Shown piece after piece: positions 1 through 9,952 of a DNA stretch of 64,000 nucleotides. The DNA is from Candidatus Nomurabacteria bacterium (GTDB lineage Bacteria; Patescibacteriota; Minisyncoccia; Phycocordibacterales; UBA918). Each line of letters opens with the position of its first letter. Positions within the stretch are counted from its first letter, which is position 1. Both the position numbers and the translations under genes were made by a program. The notes beneath the pieces are model-generated. The model worked only from the letters and a program-made list of their open reading frames with translations. It was not told the DNA's origin and searched no databases. Location: NCBI GenBank assembly GCA_023898525.1, contig CP060227.1:710440-774439 (forward strand), in the 5' to 3' direction.

Positions 1-38
1 AGGGATACGCATAGGCTGCTAAGTTCTCAGAGATCAAA

Positions 39-1172
39 TCAATTACCGCTGTGTAAAACCTCATTGAGAGTTATTTTATTAGGTTTATCCTGAGCTTCAA
101 CTTGTCCTGTTAGACCATTGCGCCAGAAAGTTATACCGTCAACACTAGAAAGTTCCTTGGCTTTAATTTCCTCACCTTTGTAGAAGAGTTTCATACCAGC
201 GGTTACATAAAGACCAGCTTCAATAACACAGAGATCGCCAAGTGATATACCTGTACCAGCATTAGCACCTAAAAGACATCCTCTTCCGATAGTGATTTTT
301 TCTTTACCACCACCAGAAAGTGTGCCCATTATAGATGCACCACCACCGATATCAGTTTGATCACCAACCACTACTCCCGCTGAAATACGACCTTCGACCA
401 TAGAAGTTCCAAGTGTTCCTGCATTGAAGTTTACGAACCCCGCATGCATCACCGTAGTACCCTCTGCCAGATAAGCACCTAGTCTTACATTAGCAGCATT
501 GGCTATACGAACCCCCGAAGGAATTACATAATCTACCATCCGAGGAAACTTATCCACTGCATTAATATGCAAAGGATGCCCTTGGATTTGAGCCTGTAGC
601 TGTCTTTCCTCAAGTTCAGCCAGATGAATCGGTCCTTCATTAGTCCAAGCAAGATTTTTTAGTACACCAAAAATACCATCTAAGTTTATTTCATTTGGCT
701 TAACCTTTCGATGGCTGAGTAAATGTAAACGCAAGAATGCATCAGACACAGTCCTAGGACCAGTATCATAATCAGGGACATCAATAAAGGTTACAACAAC
801 AACTTTTTTACGAACACTACTTTTCTCAAAGGCTTGCGCTGCTTCGTACATAGTCTTGATAGCCTCAATGTTTTCATGAAACTGACCATCTTTTATAAAC
901 GGTGCAAACTTGCTTAAAATTTTAGCAAGTATTTCACTACTGACCTTATAGGTTTCAGTACCATATACCCCGACCACATCAGCTAAAATAGCTGCAGTTC
1001 CGTAGCTACCTTTATATTGTGGTAAAGGAAAAAAGGTATCAAGTATTTCTCCATTTTTATCTACATGTGCTATTCCCAACCCAAAGGCTAGAGGTCGTCT
1101 GTAACCAGCACGCTTTTCAATTTGTGCTACAAACTGATTAAAATCATCTTTTGTGATAATTTCTTTATTCAT
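39..1172 (-). CDS. dapD: 2,3,4,5-tetrahydropyridine-2,6-dicarboxylate N-succinyltransferase (DapD, Gram-positive/actinobacterial type, left-handed beta-helix hexapeptide acyltransferase)
   Basis: Motifs match actinobacterial DapD: '[10 protein letters not shown]', '[10 protein letters not shown]' and hexapeptide repeats '[36 protein letters not shown]...[24 protein letters not shown]'. Start trimmed to the internal ATG at 1170-1172 (MNKEII...), preceded by GGAG. Confidence 0.75.
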   Translation of the reverse strand: MNKEIITKDDFNQFVAQIEKRAGYRRPLAFGLGIAHVDKNGEILDTFFPLPQYKGSYGTAAILADVVGVYGTETYKVSSEILAKILSKFAPFIKDGQFHENIEAIKTMYEAAQAFEKSSVRKKVVVVTFIDVPDYDTGPRTVSDAFLRLHLLSHRKVKPNEINLDGIFGVLKNLAWTNEGPIHLAELEERQLQAQIQGHPLHINAVDKFPRMVDYVIPSGVRIANAANVRLGAYLAEGTTVMHAGFVNFNAGTLGTSMVEGRISAGVVVGDQTDIGGGASIMGTLSGGGKEKITIGRGCLLGANAGTGISLGDLCVIEAGLYVTAGMKLFYKGEEIKAKELSSVDGITFWRNGLTGQVEAQDKPNKITLNEVLHSGN

Positions 1173-1301
1173 TATTTTCTCCCGAAAATTTTGTTGGAAA
1201 ATAACTGTCTTGAACAGCCGAAACAACAATACCACGTTTGTTATTTTTGTGCAGAAATTTAATATAGGTAACGCCTGAGGATAATGTGCTTATGCTAATA
1301 A

Positions 1302-1742
1302 TTATTTTTTATGATTTTCTGGTTTGAACATGTCCGCTAACTTTGTTACTGAAGGGAAGACTTTGAGATTTGTAATGTCTTCTTTGCTAACAAATCTTAT
1401 CTCTACACATTCATCAGATGGGGTGAAGTCGAGACTGTTGAACTTAGCTTCATACAAAACATTTACAATCCAAAAACCAAACCTTACACTTTTGTCAGTT
1501 ACAAAGTAAGAAGGTCTATCTGCCATTTCAGTTATCAAGAGACCTGTCTCTTTTTTTACTTCGCTTGTTAACATTTTTTGTATAGTCTCACCCCAATCAA
1601 GCCCACCACCTGGCACATCCCAATAATCATCCTTATCCTTACAAATTAAAAATTTGTCTCTGGTTTCATTTAGCACTAGTGCCTTTACGCTTACTCGATA
1701 AAAACATTCTGGTATCTCGTTCATAGTTGATGGAGTATACAT
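1302..1742 (-). CDS. NUDIX hydrolase
   Basis: Nudix box-like 'GGGLDWGETIQKMLTSEVKKETGL' (GX5EX7REUXEEXGU pattern); protein is 146 aa. Confidence 0.65.
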   Translation of the reverse strand: MYTPSTMNEIPECFYRVSVKALVLNETRDKFLICKDKDDYWDVPGGGLDWGETIQKMLTSEVKKETGLLITEMADRPSYFVTDKSVRFGFWIVNVLYEAKFNSLDFTPSDECVEIRFVSKEDITNLKVFPSVTKLADMFKPENHKK

Positions 1743-1812
1743 TGGTTATAAATTTACTCAAAATTATTTTTTGAAAATTAAATTTTGATTTTAGAATTTT
1801 AATTGAAATTTT

Positions 1813-2736
1813 CTACTTCCGCTTCGAGTGGAATTTTTTGTGGACGGCTCTTAGGTGTGCGTCAGTGACGTGAGTGTAGATCTGAGTGGTACCGATGTGT
1901 GCATGACCAAGGAGCGCCTGCACTGAGCGGAGGTCAGCACCGTTGCTTAAGAGGTCAGTCGCAAAACTGTGACGGATAACGTGCGGAGTAACTTTGCGTA
2001 CAATACCAGCTTTGGCGGCGTAGCGTTTGAGAAGTCTTTGTACTGCGCGCGGGGAGATGCGTGCGTCCTCACCGACATGAGCCTTTTTACCGTAGCGAAT
2101 GAAGAGAGCATCGTCCATGTCTTTGCGAGCCGCTAAATATTTTTTGATCGCTGACTTGGCTTCGTCGGACAAAAACACCACCCGGATTTTGTCACCCTTA
2201 CCTCTGACGGAAAACTCATCACGAGACAAATCGATATCATCAATCGACAAGGAGCAAAGTTCAGAAATACGCAGACCGGTCGAAAACAGAAGTTCCAAGA
2301 TAGCTCGGTCACGCTTACCTTCGAGGCTGTCCGTTGATGGTGCATTAAGAAGACGATTTAGTTCCACGGTCGAGATTAGGTCCAGTGAGCGCTCGGGAAT
2401 TTTGGCTAACTCAATTCTTTCGGGTGATAAAGATTCTACACCCTGCTTACGTAAGTACTTGAGAAACGCGCGTAAAGCAATGAGATAATAGTTCTGAGTC
2501 CGACGTTTCATGGGTTCTGTTTTACCACCAATTTTGGTTCCGGCTTGACGGTTTAGGTAGAGTCGAAATTCACGCACCTGTTTCTCGGTAATATCTCTAG
2601 GGAGTTTTGCCTTACTAAAATCAAAAAATCTGGATATGTAGCGATCATAATTCTCCACCGTCTTTACACTTCGTCCCCTCTCGATTTCCAAGTACTCTAG
2701 AAATTGTTGTTTTAGTTCGACAAGCTTCATACCCAC
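1813..2736 (-). CDS. site-specific tyrosine recombinase XerC/XerD family
   Basis: C-terminal catalytic motifs 'HVIRHSFATDLL...GADLRSVQALLGHAHIGTTQIYTHV' and an N-terminal core-binding domain; 307 aa. Confidence 0.8.
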   Translation of the reverse strand: MGMKLVELKQQFLEYLEIERGRSVKTVENYDRYISRFFDFSKAKLPRDITEKQVREFRLYLNRQAGTKIGGKTEPMKRRTQNYYLIALRAFLKYLRKQGVESLSPERIELAKIPERSLDLISTVELNRLLNAPSTDSLEGKRDRAILELLFSTGLRISELCSLSIDDIDLSRDEFSVRGKGDKIRVVFLSDEAKSAIKKYLAARKDMDDALFIRYGKKAHVGEDARISPRAVQRLLKRYAAKAGIVRKVTPHVIRHSFATDLLSNGADLRSVQALLGHAHIGTTQIYTHVTDAHLRAVHKKFHSKRK

Positions 2737-2794
2737 TATTATACATAGTAAAATTAACCATGGCTTTGACAGCCTGTCTAACTCTTGGCCTGAC

Positions 2795-2823
2795 TTGCTT
2801 TTATTCTTTTTTTATGCTATAGT
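2795..2823 (+). promoter_or_regulatory. sigma70-like promoter upstream of rpsO (TTGCTT-17nt-TATAGT)
   Basis: -35 TTGCTT at 2795-2800, a 17-nt spacer, and -10 TATAGT at 2818-2823. An 89-nt leader with hairpins follows. Confidence 0.3.
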
Positions 2824-2912
2824 AATTCCAACCTTCGCGGTTATCACTGCGTACTCCTTATAGGCACTCACGGTGCGTATCTAGTATAAGAGAGACGTTT
2901 CACAAAAATTTT

Positions 2913-3179
2913 ATGTTAACAAAAAGAGTAAAGGAGAATGTATTAAAGAGTAATCGTCGTCATGATGCTGACACCGGTTCACCGGAAGCTCAGGTGGCGC
3001 TACTCACCAGACAGATTGAAGAACTTTCAACTCACTTGCGCAAGCATAAGAAAGATTTTCACTCTCGTCGTGGACTATTACAGATGGTAGCCGACCGACG
3101 CAAACATCTTAAGTACCTAGAGAAGAAAGACGAGAAAGCCTATAAAGCTACTCTCAAGAATCTCGGTCTTAAGCGATAA
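2913..3179 (+). CDS. rpsO: 30S ribosomal protein S15
   Basis: 88-aa protein 'LTRQIEELSTHLRKHKKDFHSRRGLLQMVADRRKHLKYL' typical of S15, directly upstream of pnp. Confidence 0.9.
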   Translation: MLTKRVKENVLKSNRRHDADTGSPEAQVALLTRQIEELSTHLRKHKKDFHSRRGLLQMVADRRKHLKYLEKKDEKAYKATLKNLGLKR

Positions 3180-3185
3180 AACATT

Positions 3186-3215
3186 ATGCTCCGCTCTGGA
3201 GCATTTTGTTTTTTC
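3186..3215 (+). terminator. intrinsic terminator after rpsO
   Basis: Hairpin ATGCTCC-gctct-GGAGCAT followed by TTTTGTTTTTT. Confidence 0.6.
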
Positions 3216-3276
3216 GAGCTATAGTGTAGTCAGAAGGTTTTTAATAATTATAAAAAGTATTTTAATAAATTAATTC

Positions 3277-3852
3277 ATGAGAATAATTAGACACCCCGAT
3301 CAACGGGTGGCAATTTTGATAGACACACAAAACTTATATCACAGCGCGAAGAATTTATATAAGTCAAAAGTAAATTTTGGTGCGATTATAAAAAGTGCTT
3401 TGGGTGGTAGAAAATTAATTCGTGCCCTGTCTTATGTGGTCAACACTGAGAGTGGAGAGGAGAGTGCTTTCTTCGAGGCATTGGAGAAGGTTGGAATTGA
3501 GATCAAGACCAAGGACTTACAAATTTTTTATGGTGGCGCCAAAAAAGCCGACTGGGATGTGGGAATCGCGATAGATGCTGTCAAACTGGCACATAAAGTT
3601 GATTCAATAATTTTGGCTAGTGGTGACGGAGATTTTATTCCTATGGTGGAATATGTAAAAAGTCAGGGTTGCCAAGTTGAGGTGATTACTTTTGGCCGAT
3701 CGGCTTCATCTCGTTTGCGAGAAGTGGTAGATGACTTTATCGATATGGATGAAAATCCGCAAGAATTTTTAATTGGCTACAAAACTGGACGTCGAAAAAC
3801 AGGATCTAGAAAGCAGGTAAAAAAAAGACAGGCAAGAACTGATGATCTATAG
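3277..3852 (+). CDS. NYN/LabA-like domain protein (putative RNase)
   Basis: Motifs 'VAILIDTQNLYHS...' and 'LASGDGDFIPMVEYVKSQG' are characteristic of the LabA/NYN (PIN-like) fold. Confidence 0.55.
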   Translation: MRIIRHPDQRVAILIDTQNLYHSAKNLYKSKVNFGAIIKSALGGRKLIRALSYVVNTESGEESAFFEALEKVGIEIKTKDLQIFYGGAKKADWDVGIAIDAVKLAHKVDSIILASGDGDFIPMVEYVKSQGCQVEVITFGRSASSRLREVVDDFIDMDENPQEFLIGYKTGRRKTGSRKQVKKRQARTDDL

Positions 3853-3872
3853 AATTCTGAATCCAACACATA

Positions 3873-3910
3873 AAACGCGACTAGGCACTTGTGCCTAGTC
3901 GCGTTTTTGT
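3873..3910 (+). terminator. intrinsic terminator
   Basis: Hairpin AACGCGACTAGGCAC-ttg-TGCCTAGTCGCGTT followed by TTTTG. Confidence 0.6.
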
Positions 3911-4009
3911 TATGCTCATAGTTATTAGCGACAAGCTCTTTTGATTAGTAGATTTCAAAACCTTGAAATCTAAAACCAGAAGGGGTTGTCATAAGTAAAA
4001 AGAATAATC

Positions 4010-6127
4010 ATGCAAAAAGAAATATTTACAACTAAACTTGGAGAGAAAACTTTGACTGCTGAGTTTAATGACATGACAGCGCAAGCTAATGGTTCGGTCA
4101 TTATGACTTATGGGCAGACAGTCGTATTGGTAACTGCAGTTATGGGAAGTCGGGACACAGACCTACCATACTTCCCATTGTCGGTGGAGTTTGAAGAAAA
4201 ATTTTATGCCGCCGGTCAAATTCTCGGCAGTCGATTTATGCGTCGTGAAGGTCGACCGAGTGACGAAGCGATTTTATCAGCTCGTATTGTTGACCGTACC
4301 ATTCGTCCACTTTTTCCTTCTCATCTAAAAACTGATGTACAAGTAGTGGTGACTGTACTAGCGATGGGTGAAGATGATCCAGACGTTCTTGGGGTGATTG
4401 GTGCATCGTTGGCACTTAGTGTTTCTGATATACCTTGGCAAGGTCCGGTTGGGGCAGTTCGTATTGCTAAAAGTGCAAGTAAAGACGAACTTATAATTAA
4501 TCCAACTTATAAGGAGCGTGATGCTGATGACCTAGAATTTGAGATTTTGGCTTGTGGTAAGGACGGAAAAATTAATATGATCGAAACTGGTGCTAACGAA
4601 ATTAGCGAAGATAAAATAATCACAGCGTTGGAAGTCGCCTCGTCTCATCATTTGGTGTTAGAAGAATTTCAAACCAAAATTATTGAGAAACTTGGAAAAG
4701 AAAAACGTGTAGTGGAAGAGCCTGTTTTGCCAGAGAGCTTAGTAAGCTTATATAATTCAGTTTTTAAAACTCAGCTGGAAGATACTATGTTTAGTAATCG
4801 GGCCGGTAAAGATCATATATATGAATTAAAAAAAGATTTTCTAAAAGCCGTGGGAGAATTAGAAGATGATGTTAGCGAAAAATTGGCCGGGCATTTCTTT
4901 GAAGATATGATAGACCTAGAGCTTCACAAGGGTGCGGTGTTGAATAATAAGCGGGCGGATGGTCGAAGTATGGACGAGGTTAGAGAACTGTATGCACAAG
5001 CTGGGGGAGTATCACCGGTTCTTCATGGCTCGGGAATTTTTTATCGTGGTGGTACTCGCATTTTTTCTGCTTTGACTTTAGGTGGACCGGATGCAGCACA
5101 AATGATAGACACCATGGAGGAGCGTGAGGTGAAGAAGCGCTTTATGCACCATTATAACTTTCCTCCATTTTCTGTTGGTGAAACCGGAAGGGTTGGTGGA
5201 TTTAATCGTCGCATGATTGGCCATGGGGCATTAGCGGAAAAAGCACTACAGCCAGTTGTGCCGGATAAAGATGCCTTTCCGTACACCATTCGGCTGGTAT
5301 CAGAAACTATGTCAAGTAACGGATCAAGTTCGATGGGGTCAGTTTGCGCTTCGACCTTGGCCTTGATGGATGGTGGTGTACCAATCAAGCGACCAGTAGC
5401 CGGTATCGCCTCAGGAGTTATGATTTATGAAAACGGCCATGCTCTCCTTACCGATATCCAAGGACCGGAGGATGAATTTGGAGACATGGACTTTAAAGTA
5501 GCTGGGACCACAGAGGGAGTAACGGCAATTCAAATGGATGTAAAGGTTGATGGAATCAGTATACCTATATTAGGTGAAGCCTTGGAAAAGGCTCGGTTGG
5601 CACGTCTACATATATTAGATACCATGACCGCTACTATAGATACCCACCGACCGCACATTTCTCCGAATGCTCCTGAGGTAATTAGTTTAAACATATTACC
5701 AGAGCAAATTGGTTTGGTCATTGGTTCTGGCGGTAAGACCATAAACGCTATAAAGGATGAGTCAGGGGTGGAGGAAATCAATATTGAGGACGATGGCACG
5801 GTCTTTATTACCGGAAAAAATGGCACTACAAAACTAGCTAGTGACAAAATAAAGTCTCTTACCAAACGTTATGAGGTAGGTGAGCGAGCTGAGGCTACTG
5901 TAGTCAAAATAGCCACTTTTGGTGCTTTTGCCAAACTTGATGATTATAATGAAGGTTTGATACATATATCAGAAATTGCTCCAGAGCGGATTGAGTCAGT
6001 CGAAGGTGTGCTTAAGGTTGGGGATGTTGTTCCGGTCGTGGTTTCTAAAATTGAAGACGGTAAAATAGGATTGTCAATAAAGAAAGCAGATCCAGATTTT
6101 ATGGCTAAAAAAGCCACAGGTAACTAG
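4010..6127 (+). CDS. pnp: polyribonucleotide nucleotidyltransferase (PNPase)
   Basis: 705 aa with two RNase PH domains, a KH domain and an S1 domain ('GLIHISEIAPERIESVEGVLKVGDVV'); conserved rpsO-pnp linkage. Confidence 0.95.
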   Translation: MQKEIFTTKLGEKTLTAEFNDMTAQANGSVIMTYGQTVVLVTAVMGSRDTDLPYFPLSVEFEEKFYAAGQILGSRFMRREGRPSDEAILSARIVDRTIRPLFPSHLKTDVQVVVTVLAMGEDDPDVLGVIGASLALSVSDIPWQGPVGAVRIAKSASKDELIINPTYKERDADDLEFEILACGKDGKINMIETGANEISEDKIITALEVASSHHLVLEEFQTKIIEKLGKEKRVVEEPVLPESLVSLYNSVFKTQLEDTMFSNRAGKDHIYELKKDFLKAVGELEDDVSEKLAGHFFEDMIDLELHKGAVLNNKRADGRSMDEVRELYAQAGGVSPVLHGSGIFYRGGTRIFSALTLGGPDAAQMIDTMEEREVKKRFMHHYNFPPFSVGETGRVGGFNRRMIGHGALAEKALQPVVPDKDAFPYTIRLVSETMSSNGSSSMGSVCASTLALMDGGVPIKRPVAGIASGVMIYENGHALLTDIQGPEDEFGDMDFKVAGTTEGVTAIQMDVKVDGISIPILGEALEKARLARLHILDTMTATIDTHRPHISPNAPEVISLNILPEQIGLVIGSGGKTINAIKDESGVEEINIEDDGTVFITGKNGTTKLASDKIKSLTKRYEVGERAEATVVKIATFGAFAKLDDYNEGLIHISEIAPERIESVEGVLKVGDVVPVVVSKIEDGKIGLSIKKADPDFMAKKATGN

Positions 6128-6162
6128 TAACAAATCAGCGTTTTTGTGAGATACTAGTAACA

Positions 6163-7977
6163 ATGGACAATCAAGAAAAGACAAAGACAAAATTGTCAGG
6201 TCTTAGAACCTTCTCTTCTGACCAAGCCCGACATGAAGGTAAAATACAAGGTAAAACAAGCAAAGTAACACCTTCACTACAGGCTATTGTTGATAGTCAT
6301 ATTGAGAAAAATGACTCTCAGGATCTTAGGTCTGAACTTGTCAATTTACCGGCCAACTACAATACTGCTTCTGGTCCAAAAGCTCACGGTGGTGCCTCGT
6401 GGGTGAGTCTATCTGACACAGTTTCAGAAAAAAACCATACCAAGAATAATAAAGTGGTTATTGATAATGAGGGCGCTGGGTCAGCCACGATAATTACTGA
6501 TACCAAGAAAGATCGCTTTAATGTATTTACTGCAACTATTGAATCAATCAAGAGTTGGTTTAAAGAAAAAAAGGCTGAGCGACAAGCAAAAAAAGCTCCT
6601 AAATATACTGTACCTGAAACCACTAGGCGAAAAGGTGTAATTCAAAAGGCCACTTCTCAAACCGGAAAGATTATATCTGGAGATCATGAAAATATTCAGG
6701 AGCGAATTCGTGAGCGACATAGCAAAAAACAGGATGAGCATAATGAGCATAATGTTCCAAACAAAACCAATAACACGGTAGATGATTCTCCTGAGACTAT
6801 TTGGACACCAGACACTGATACCATGTATGAACTTCTTGAGGAGAAGACCGGAGAAGATGCTGTTGTTTCAGCTAAGCAGGAACAACCAAAAGGGTTTGTA
6901 ACGACACAGAATGAAATTATAGTTAACAATCTAGATGAAGTAAAAAGGTCTGAAGCGAAACAGAAAGAAGCTCATACTAAAGCAGTGTCTAAGAAGGACT
7001 TGGTTGAAGAGCGAGAGGTTGATGACGGGTCAAAAGCGTGGGAAGCGGCAAGTAAGTCAGGTGAGGTTCAGGTTAGACCAGAATCACAAGAACAAGGGGG
7101 TGGTAAACCGGTTACATCAGATAAGAAAGAAGAGACCGCTTCGTCATCAGGTGTTTCCGCTACTTTAGCCGATCAGGTCTTACCAAGGTCCAAGGGACAA
7201 CAATCTAATTCGTCAGCTCCTAATAGAGAGCACAAGGGCTTTTTCCTCTCAGCTAACACCAACACGGTTTCTTTTGTAGTGTCGGCTGTTTTTATCGTTT
7301 TAGTAGCAGGTGGTATCGGTGGTACTATTTGGTATCATAATAAGGATAAAATTAGTGTAGTACAGGTTGAGGAATACCCGCGAGTTATTAAAGCGGCTGA
7401 ATTAAATTTGCTCTATCAACCAATAACCAACAAAGAAGACTTTATTCAGCGTATCATCACTGAATATGAGGCGGATGATTATACGGTTACACAGTTTGCC
7501 TTCACAACAACAGCTGAGAAAAACAACCTAATAAAACCCAGTGCACTTTTGTCATTCCTGGGTATTGAACTAGATAGTAACTTTAAACAATCTATCAATT
7601 ACTTGTATTTTGGTGGGATACAATTCACTGATCCATACATCGCTCTTAAGGTGGCAGACAATGTTGCGGGAATTGGTGGTATGTTACTTTGGGAGGATAC
7701 CATGCGTGATGATTTGGCTGATGTTTTCCAATTACCCACTGATGTTCCGGTTGTGACGGATACTTCCACCTCTTCCGAACAACTTTTGTTTATTGAGGAA
7801 AAGGATAAGTCGCAGGTCACTTATGTTGATGCTACTATTGGAGGGGTTGATGTTAGGGTTCTAAAAAATTCAAACGGTGAAGAAGAACTTATCTATGGTT
7901 TCTTAGATAGTAATACTATAATAATTACGAGAAGCAGTACTGCTCTTGGAAAGTTACTAACCTTAATTAACAACTAA
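6163..7977 (+). CDS. hypothetical membrane-anchored protein (Lys/Ser-rich N-terminal region, one TM, C-terminal globular domain)
   Basis: TM segment 'VSFVVSAVFIVLVAGGIGGTIWY'; low-complexity K/E/S-rich N-terminal half; no recognisable family. Confidence 0.45.
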   Translation: MDNQEKTKTKLSGLRTFSSDQARHEGKIQGKTSKVTPSLQAIVDSHIEKNDSQDLRSELVNLPANYNTASGPKAHGGASWVSLSDTVSEKNHTKNNKVVIDNEGAGSATIITDTKKDRFNVFTATIESIKSWFKEKKAERQAKKAPKYTVPETTRRKGVIQKATSQTGKIISGDHENIQERIRERHSKKQDEHNEHNVPNKTNNTVDDSPETIWTPDTDTMYELLEEKTGEDAVVSAKQEQPKGFVTTQNEIIVNNLDEVKRSEAKQKEAHTKAVSKKDLVEEREVDDGSKAWEAASKSGEVQVRPESQEQGGGKPVTSDKKEETASSSGVSATLADQVLPRSKGQQSNSSAPNREHKGFFLSANTNTVSFVVSAVFIVLVAGGIGGTIWYHNKDKISVVQVEEYPRVIKAAELNLLYQPITNKEDFIQRIITEYEADDYTVTQFAFTTTAEKNNLIKPSALLSFLGIELDSNFKQSINYLYFGGIQFTDPYIALKVADNVAGIGGMLLWEDTMRDDLADVFQLPTDVPVVTDTSTSSEQLLFIEEKDKSQVTYVDATIGGVDVRVLKNSNGEEELIYGFLDSNTIIITRSSTALGKLLTLINN

Positions 7978-7981
7978 TATT

Positions 7982-8353
7982 ATGACTGACATAAACGGCT
8001 ACAAACAAAAATTAGAGGAACAACTCGTACAAATTACCGGTGAGCTTGAGTCTTTAGGGGTACAAGATAAGCAAACAGGTGATTGGATTGAAAGACCGGC
8101 AGATCACCAGGTGGAGGCTGATATGAACACCGAAGCTGATATATCGGAAGAACAAGAGGAGCGTCAAGCTACGCTGAGTGATCTTGAGATTGAATACAGA
8201 AATATAAAACGAGCTTTAGAAAAAATTGAAGCTGGGACTTTTGGAATTTGTGAAATTGACAATCATCCGATAGAAGAAGATCGCCTAGCTTATAAACCAA
8301 CCGCTCGCACCTGCAAAGAACACATGAACGAAGAACAGAATCTGCCACTATAA
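7982..8353 (+). CDS. DksA/TraR-family-like protein with degenerate zinc finger
   Basis: C-terminal 'GTFGICEIDNHPIEEDRLAYKPTARTCKEH' fits the TraR/DksA pattern G.YG.CE.C..I...RL...P.A..C..C with C->D and C->H substitutions; N-terminal coiled-coil. Confidence 0.45.
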   Translation: MTDINGYKQKLEEQLVQITGELESLGVQDKQTGDWIERPADHQVEADMNTEADISEEQEERQATLSDLEIEYRNIKRALEKIEAGTFGICEIDNHPIEEDRLAYKPTARTCKEHMNEEQNLPL

Positions 8354-8369
8354 GTTATAATATGTACTA

Positions 8370-9884
8370 ATGAGCGTTGCCTTAGTACATACCATTCAAC
8401 CACATATTCTATCTGGCACGTTAGTCAGAATTGAAGCAGACCTCGCCCGAGGTCTGCATTCATTTTCGATCGTAGGTTTGGCTGGCAAAGCCATCGAGGA
8501 GTCTAAAGATCGTATCAGTAGTGCTATCAAGCATTCGGGCTTTGAATCTCCTAAGAGCAAGAATCAAAAAATTACCATCTCACTGTCACCAGCTGACCTG
8601 AAAAAAGAGGGTCCACTTTTTGATCTGCCAATTGCCATTGCTTATCTGGAAGCGGCTGGAGAACTTAGCGGAAATCAGGATATTTTGTACGTAGGAGAAC
8701 TAGGACTAGACGGTAGTCTAAGACCGATTCGAGGAGTCTTAAATATCACTATGGCCGCCAAACAAAATGGCTATAAGCAAATAGTTGTTCCATGGAATAA
8801 TGCTAAAGAAGCAGCTTTAATAGACGGAATAGAAGTCTTTCCAGCTAAAACCTTAAGTGAAGTAATAAGGCATATAGATAAAAGTCACCCTGAACATAGT
8901 ACTATAAATATTCAACCAACAACCAACCTAGACGATAATAATTGGACGGAAGGCAAGGTAACTCTAGAGGACATCAAAGGACAAGAAAGTGCCAAAAGAG
9001 CGCTTATCATAGCGGCCGCCGGCAGGCATAATGTTATTCTGGTTGGTCCGCCCGGTACTGGTAAGACTATGTTAGCCCGTGCCTTTCAGGGACTTCTGCC
9101 ACCCTTATCTAGAGAGGATGCGTTGGCTGTCACCGCTATTCATTCATTAAGTGGCAGCGGGGAAGCTATTACCAGCACACCACCATTTCGTGCTCCACAC
9201 CACACCGCTTCGCACACAGCCCTGGTTGGTGGTGGTACCAATCCTAAGCCGGGCGAAGTGACCCTAGCTCACAAAGGTGTTTTATTTATGGATGAGTTTC
9301 CCGAGTTTGAAAGACGAAGCCTAGACGCACTTCGCCAACCACTTGAAGATAGAGTGGTAAGTATTTCTCGTATTCAAGGCACTGCACTTTTTCCGGCTGA
9401 CTTTATTTTAGTTGCGGCTATGAACCCTTACCGTGGTACTGAAGACGGGACTACTAACTTAGCTCGCGCTATGCAAGAGACTTACAAGGGTAAAATTTCC
9501 GGACCAATCTTAGACCGCATTGATCTTTGGATTGAAGTACCACATATTGATTATGAGACCTTGTCTAACTTGAAACGAACTATCGGAGAGACAGACAAAG
9601 CAAGAAAAGAAATCGCTACCGCGCGCACTCGCCAAAGTAACCGCTTCGCGGGCAGGGAAGCAAACACCAATGCCGAAATGACCAGTCGCGACATTGACCA
9701 TACTATTACTTTGAGTACGGAAGTATCAGATCTTTTAAAACTTTCTTCCCAAAAACTAAACCTCTCACCCCGCAGTTATCATAGACTGATCAAAGTCGCT
9801 CGTACCATTGCCGACTTAGACGAAACTGATGACATAGGAACTAAGCATGTACTGGAAGCGTTGCAGTATAGAGTGCAAGTTTAG
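8370..9884 (+). CDS. YifB/ComM family Mg-chelatase-like AAA+ ATPase
   Basis: 504 aa with an N-terminal Lon-like domain, Walker A 'GPPGTGKTML', and 'MDEFPEFERRSLDALRQPLEDRVVSISR'. Confidence 0.85.
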   Translation: MSVALVHTIQPHILSGTLVRIEADLARGLHSFSIVGLAGKAIEESKDRISSAIKHSGFESPKSKNQKITISLSPADLKKEGPLFDLPIAIAYLEAAGELSGNQDILYVGELGLDGSLRPIRGVLNITMAAKQNGYKQIVVPWNNAKEAALIDGIEVFPAKTLSEVIRHIDKSHPEHSTINIQPTTNLDDNNWTEGKVTLEDIKGQESAKRALIIAAAGRHNVILVGPPGTGKTMLARAFQGLLPPLSREDALAVTAIHSLSGSGEAITSTPPFRAPHHTASHTALVGGGTNPKPGEVTLAHKGVLFMDEFPEFERRSLDALRQPLEDRVVSISRIQGTALFPADFILVAAMNPYRGTEDGTTNLARAMQETYKGKISGPILDRIDLWIEVPHIDYETLSNLKRTIGETDKARKEIATARTRQSNRFAGREANTNAEMTSRDIDHTITLSTEVSDLLKLSSQKLNLSPRSYHRLIKVARTIADLDETDDIGTKHVLEALQYRVQV

Positions 9885-9952
9885 AATAAGGGTAATATTT
9901 GCTAGAATAAATGAAATGCCAAACCCTGAAAAACTAACCTTATTCCTAAATT

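Noticed and set aside
5152-5865. Minus-strand ORFs inside pnp (5152..5388, 5530..5865), and similar antisense ORFs inside fusA, tuf, rplD, rplB, rpsC, rplP and secY
   Set aside because: They are embedded antisense to highly conserved genes and have no start or RBS context.
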